A stretch of DNA of 53,049 bases, counting the filler, from Dirinaria sp. TL-2023a (lineage: Eukaryota), in the NCBI GenBank assembly GCA_051941275.1. It is 2 parts of 2 records of this genome, joined end to end, with 100 filler letters (N's around TTAATTAATTAA, not from the genome) between each part and the next. Parts side by side here need not be neighbours in the genome. Positions count along the whole stretch, not along the records: positions 26,587 to 53,049 come from JAVEBF010000162.1; 1 more part is not named here. One strand, written 5' to 3'. The stretch's first letter is position 1. Each line of letters opens with the position of its first letter. Of the stretch, positions 49,262 to 53,049 are shown one piece after another. Below the pieces are notes generated by a model. The model was not told where the DNA came from. It did not search any database and saw only the letters and a list, made by a program, of their open reading frames with translations. Made by a program: the position numbers and the translations under genes.

Positions 49262-50846
49262 ATGGAGTTACACGCCAAAAATTCCAGGAAGGTGGAGGGT
49301 GATGAGTGCGAGAAATGGGGTTATCGATTCGTGTGGACGGATCAGCATATTCCCCCGGAACACATGAATGTACTACGATTTGAATACGACCAATTAGGTG
49401 CCGCAGCACTGGAACGACTTCAGAAACTTCGTGAAAACCAAAAAGAGTGCCCAGATACCAAGGCTTCTACCGCTTCGAATCGCTCTCATAAGGATCTATA
49501 TACTCTGTTACGGGACAACTATCAGAACGACGACATCCTGACCGAATTCTGGAATGAGACTCACAAAGTCCCGGAATGGGTAGATTGGGCACAACTTGCT
49601 CGAGGACAAGAGATCTTCCACCGATACATTGGAGCTAATATTACTGGCCTGGCACTGCACGGTTTCATAGGGGAGAACTCTGCAAGTCACCGTCCTCACT
49701 ACTGTCAACAACCTATACAATTGATCAGTGGCTAATTGCCATTATCTCAGGCATCCAGCGGTGTCGCCGAAATTCTCATACGTACGGGCGGATTCTCAAC
49801 CAGAGTCCTGCTTCACCGACTCTTCGAGACCTTCCAATGGGTCCTACAATGCACGCAGTCGATTACCTCTATCCAACCGGGCGGCGTGGGACATACCTCC
49901 ACAATACGTGTCCGCCTCTTACATGCTTCTGTTCGACAACGCATCCTCAAACTTACTTCGGCACGCCCAGATTATTATGATGCTAACCGATACGGCATCC
50001 CAATAAATGCTCTCGACTCAATTCACTCCATTTCTCTATTCTGTGCAAGTCCAATGTGGCAGCAACTACCTCGTCAGGGAATAAGGCCCCGGGCGGATGA
50101 GACCGCCGATTATGTAGCCTTGTTCCGCTACCTAGGCTACTTGTCTGCCACACCGCCAGAATACTTTGCCTCTCCATCTCGCGCGAAGGCGACGATGGAG
50201 TCGTTGCTATACTACGAAGTAAATCCGTCGGCGACAGGGAAAGTACTAGGTAACAATTTTGTCGAATGTCTCCGAGATGTGAGCCCGATGAACATCTCGA
50301 AAGAATTCATTGAGGCGGGGAGCCGGTGGATGAACGGTGACGAAGTCTGTGACGCTTTGGGAATGGGTAGGCTAGGACTGTACTATTCTACGCTTATGGT
50401 GGGACACTGCATGCTGAACTGGGGCTTGTGTTGGGCTCAGAGGATGGTGCCGGCGTTGGATCGATGGGTCATTGCAGTAAGCATGTAATGCTATTTGCCC
50501 CAAGGGGCTTACTTACTGGTCCCTGGAAGATGTTTTGGGATCATGTACTTACCTGACATAGACTTCTCGTGCCGGCATGAACGACTTCGTCATCCACGGC
50601 GATATACTCAAGCGTCCTTCCAATTTCGATTTCAAGCACATCCCTCGTGATGGTAAGAAAACCCAGGCGGAACGCGGCACCCAAGCGCAGTCGATTGATC
50701 GCTGGATTGAGCGATATTACTTCTACTCTTTTGTTGCTGGGTGTGCAATCATCCTAGGCGGCGTTTACGTGCTAGGGAGAGTGCTGCTCTTGACGGGTGT
50801 GAAAGCCGGAGCAGTACTGGCCGCTTCATTCGTTGAACGATCCTAG
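49262..50846 (+). CDS. ER-bound oxygenase MpaB/rubber-oxygenase-like (DUF2236) protein with C-terminal TM anchor, 3 exons
   Basis: 'WGYRFVWTDQH', 'VPEWVDWAQLARGQEIF', 'RTGGFS...RLFETFQW', 'IRVRLLHASVRQRI', 'GIPIN', 'DYVALFRYLGY'. Introns 49682-49750 (GC-AG) and 50477-50561. Confidence 0.9.
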
Positions 50847-52780
50847 AGGGCTGTGATATTAAGCACACGATCTTGCTCTTCCAGTCATGTGTTTTCTTGG
50901 AAGATGCATCAATGTAAACATCTGGCTGATCTAAAACTGCTGCTCTATGCATCAAGTGCTCCGGTGGGACAGGATAATATTGTCACTTTTGCGATGCTTG
51001 AAGCACTCTGCATGACACAGAGAAGTCCAATAATGGTGCAATGGATTACGACGTCGACAATCCGAGGTCGCTGGATAAGATCGATAAATGCGAAGGCAAA
51101 GCGAAAATGAGATGTCTTTAGGTCCACCAATTTCCTCTCTGCAGGATCTCACCTTTTCGTGTCTTATTTCAATACCTTCTTATCCTTCGACTGTATACGG
51201 CATGGCCTGCGACTCTAGCAAAAGTAAGAGAATGAAGGCAATCTTCCATCACAGGTAGAGCCCATTACATGACTGAGATCCGCTCCACGAACAAACCCAT
51301 CGTAATGGCTTCTGTCTTTCTTGAGGAATGTACGCTGCCACCAAATGCTACGTCTACTTATGAATATCACAGCAACGCAATGGAAACAATCTCAAAATCC
51401 AACTATGCGCATTCAACAACAGGCCCTCGAGGTGGGCAGAGTATAATCGTCTTTGTCAGAGAGGGCAATCCTGAACTGCGGATAACTTCAAGATCCTACT
51501 TGTACCATCAAGCTTTATCTGCCCAGCTAAGAACAACGCAGCAGCCACAACTCAGAATTCCGCAGCCGGACATACTGCTATTCGGGCTATAGAGAGCCAA
51601 GAAACCTTCTCTTCATATCAGTAAGCTGTGGTATTGGACTTAAGAACAGTAACCTCATCTCTCGATACCAAAAAAAGGTTTCTCGCACGATAGCATCTAC
51701 ACCAAGAATCCAAGCCCACTATACACTGATCCAGCTATCGCAATCATCACGGACAACCTAGTGAGAAAGAGTCACCAAGCAACGCTCCACACTACGCGCC
51801 ATCATAATAAAATAAAGAATCGTTTACGAAAGATTAAAATTTGAGAGTCGCATTGATCAAAAATTTCTCGATCTGATCGCGAATCAATTTTCGAAATCGA
51901 TGCTATTTATGCGGCGACTTGGATTCGCACGTAATCGAACGATTTAATTTGCATGTGCTCGTCGCAAAAAAAAAAAAAAAAAAATTTTCATTTGTCTTCG
52001 ATAAAGTCAGAAGATGATGAGCTATGAGACAACGTGGCGTTTTGGAGAGAAGTTTTCATTGCAAAAACTTGACGTTTACATTCACGTACATCCTTTAGGA
52101 AACGGTATCACGTCAGTATCAGTTCCGCTTGTTTAATCTCTCGACGTCAAATCTCGTTGAAATAGAAATTAGGATTGAGAAGATAAAAAAAAAGACAAAG
52201 AGAGATGTTGCACACCACTCGCTATATTACACATTCCCAAACCGCATTCCAGCCTTCTCCTACCCGTAGATTCCGATTTCTAATCTCCTCTTATTATACT
52301 CCGAGATTTATGGCGCGGAGTAGCAAGCATTCGCCTTCGCTCCATTCCCTTCCTTACCCTTTGGGGCCGAGGGCTCGCTAACAACTTAAATCCTTCATAC
52401 ACAGACATATTCCACCCGATAGGAAATCCAAAAGATGGTAACATCACTTTCCTGTACTCCAGCCTCTTCGAAGATAATTCTATCTGCTCGATGTGTTTTC
52501 CTTAACGTACCCGAGGCAACTTTATATCTTCAATGCTTTGGTGCTGGGTTTTAGAATGAGATTACTCAATCATTGTAGGTTGAGCTACGACCATGTAAAG
52601 CATTAATGGTCATTTTAACGATCTTTAATTTGCTTGTGCTAAAGCGAAAGCGATGCGCTAGTATCAGTGACGAATGCTAGGCTAATCAAAACCCTTTTAA
52701 AAAATAAAAAAGAACAAGATCTGAAGCACGCGCAAATTCTTCTTTCGAACAGTCGACGAGATCTGGAGCTCGAGTCTTAG

Positions 52781-52820
52781 CAATCATCCAATCATCCAAT
52801 CATCCAACCCCCAACCCCCC
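52781..52820. repeat. Simple repeat (CAATCATC)3 grading into C/A-rich low-complexity sequence
   Basis: caatcatccaatcatccaatcatccaacccccaacccccc. Confidence 0.7.
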
Positions 52821-53049
52821 AAAAACCAAAACCGACTCATCACAACACCTGACCCACAATCCACATCATCAAACCCCACATACCTACCACTACCGCTCTC
52901 TTCTCTCACACACACGAGAACTTAAACCATCATCAACCTCCATATTTAAAAAAGTCAGGAGGAGATACATTCCCTGCCTCCTGGCAAGCCCATTACTAAC
53001 TAACTGCTTTATTAAAAGTATATGTATATCTTTTACTTGACAGGTATGG

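Noticed and set aside
50853..51592. Short ORFs downstream of the oxygenase gene
   Set aside because: No motifs or coherent gene model.
52970..53049. Branch site, acceptor, short exon and donor pattern (ACTAAC...AAAG / ...ACAG GTATGG) at the window edge
   Set aside because: Could belong to the next gene, but too little sequence to call.

Overview
Intron-containing filamentous ascomycete (Pezizomycotina) genomic DNA. The short GT-AG introns with CTRAC-like branch sites are seen directly; several orphan secreted-protein genes resemble, from my recollection only, families of lichen-forming Lecanoromycetes (inference). The window is not one contiguous locus: an artificial N44-TTAATTAATTAA-N44 spacer at 26487-26586 joins two contigs. 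Left contig: POL5/MYBBP1A-like nucleolar protein and GMPPA-type mannose-1-phosphate guanyltransferase, then an accessory region with small secreted proteins, an isochorismatase-family hydrolase next to a Tc1/mariner-type MITE, a GH76 glycosidase, an intact spliced orphan gene and four decayed genes (FAD/NAD oxidoreductase, multidomain secreted protein, hemerythrin-domain protein, remnant with an amyloid-like tail). Right contig: 3' end of an IgE-binding-protein-like gene, a GMC oxidoreductase, an NCS1 permease, a DHA1 MFS transporter, an orphan repeat protein, a two-domain secreted orphan, SNRNP27, a multi-TM protein and an MpaB/DUF2236 oxygenase with a GC-AG intron. The most unusual signals are two neighbouring genes with hidden, exactly periodic protein repeats: 44/88 aa in the MFS N-terminus and 5 x 36 aa in the orphan. 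I found no rRNA, tRNA, CRISPR array or convincing new multi-gene system. Family calls come from motif recognition, not database searches.
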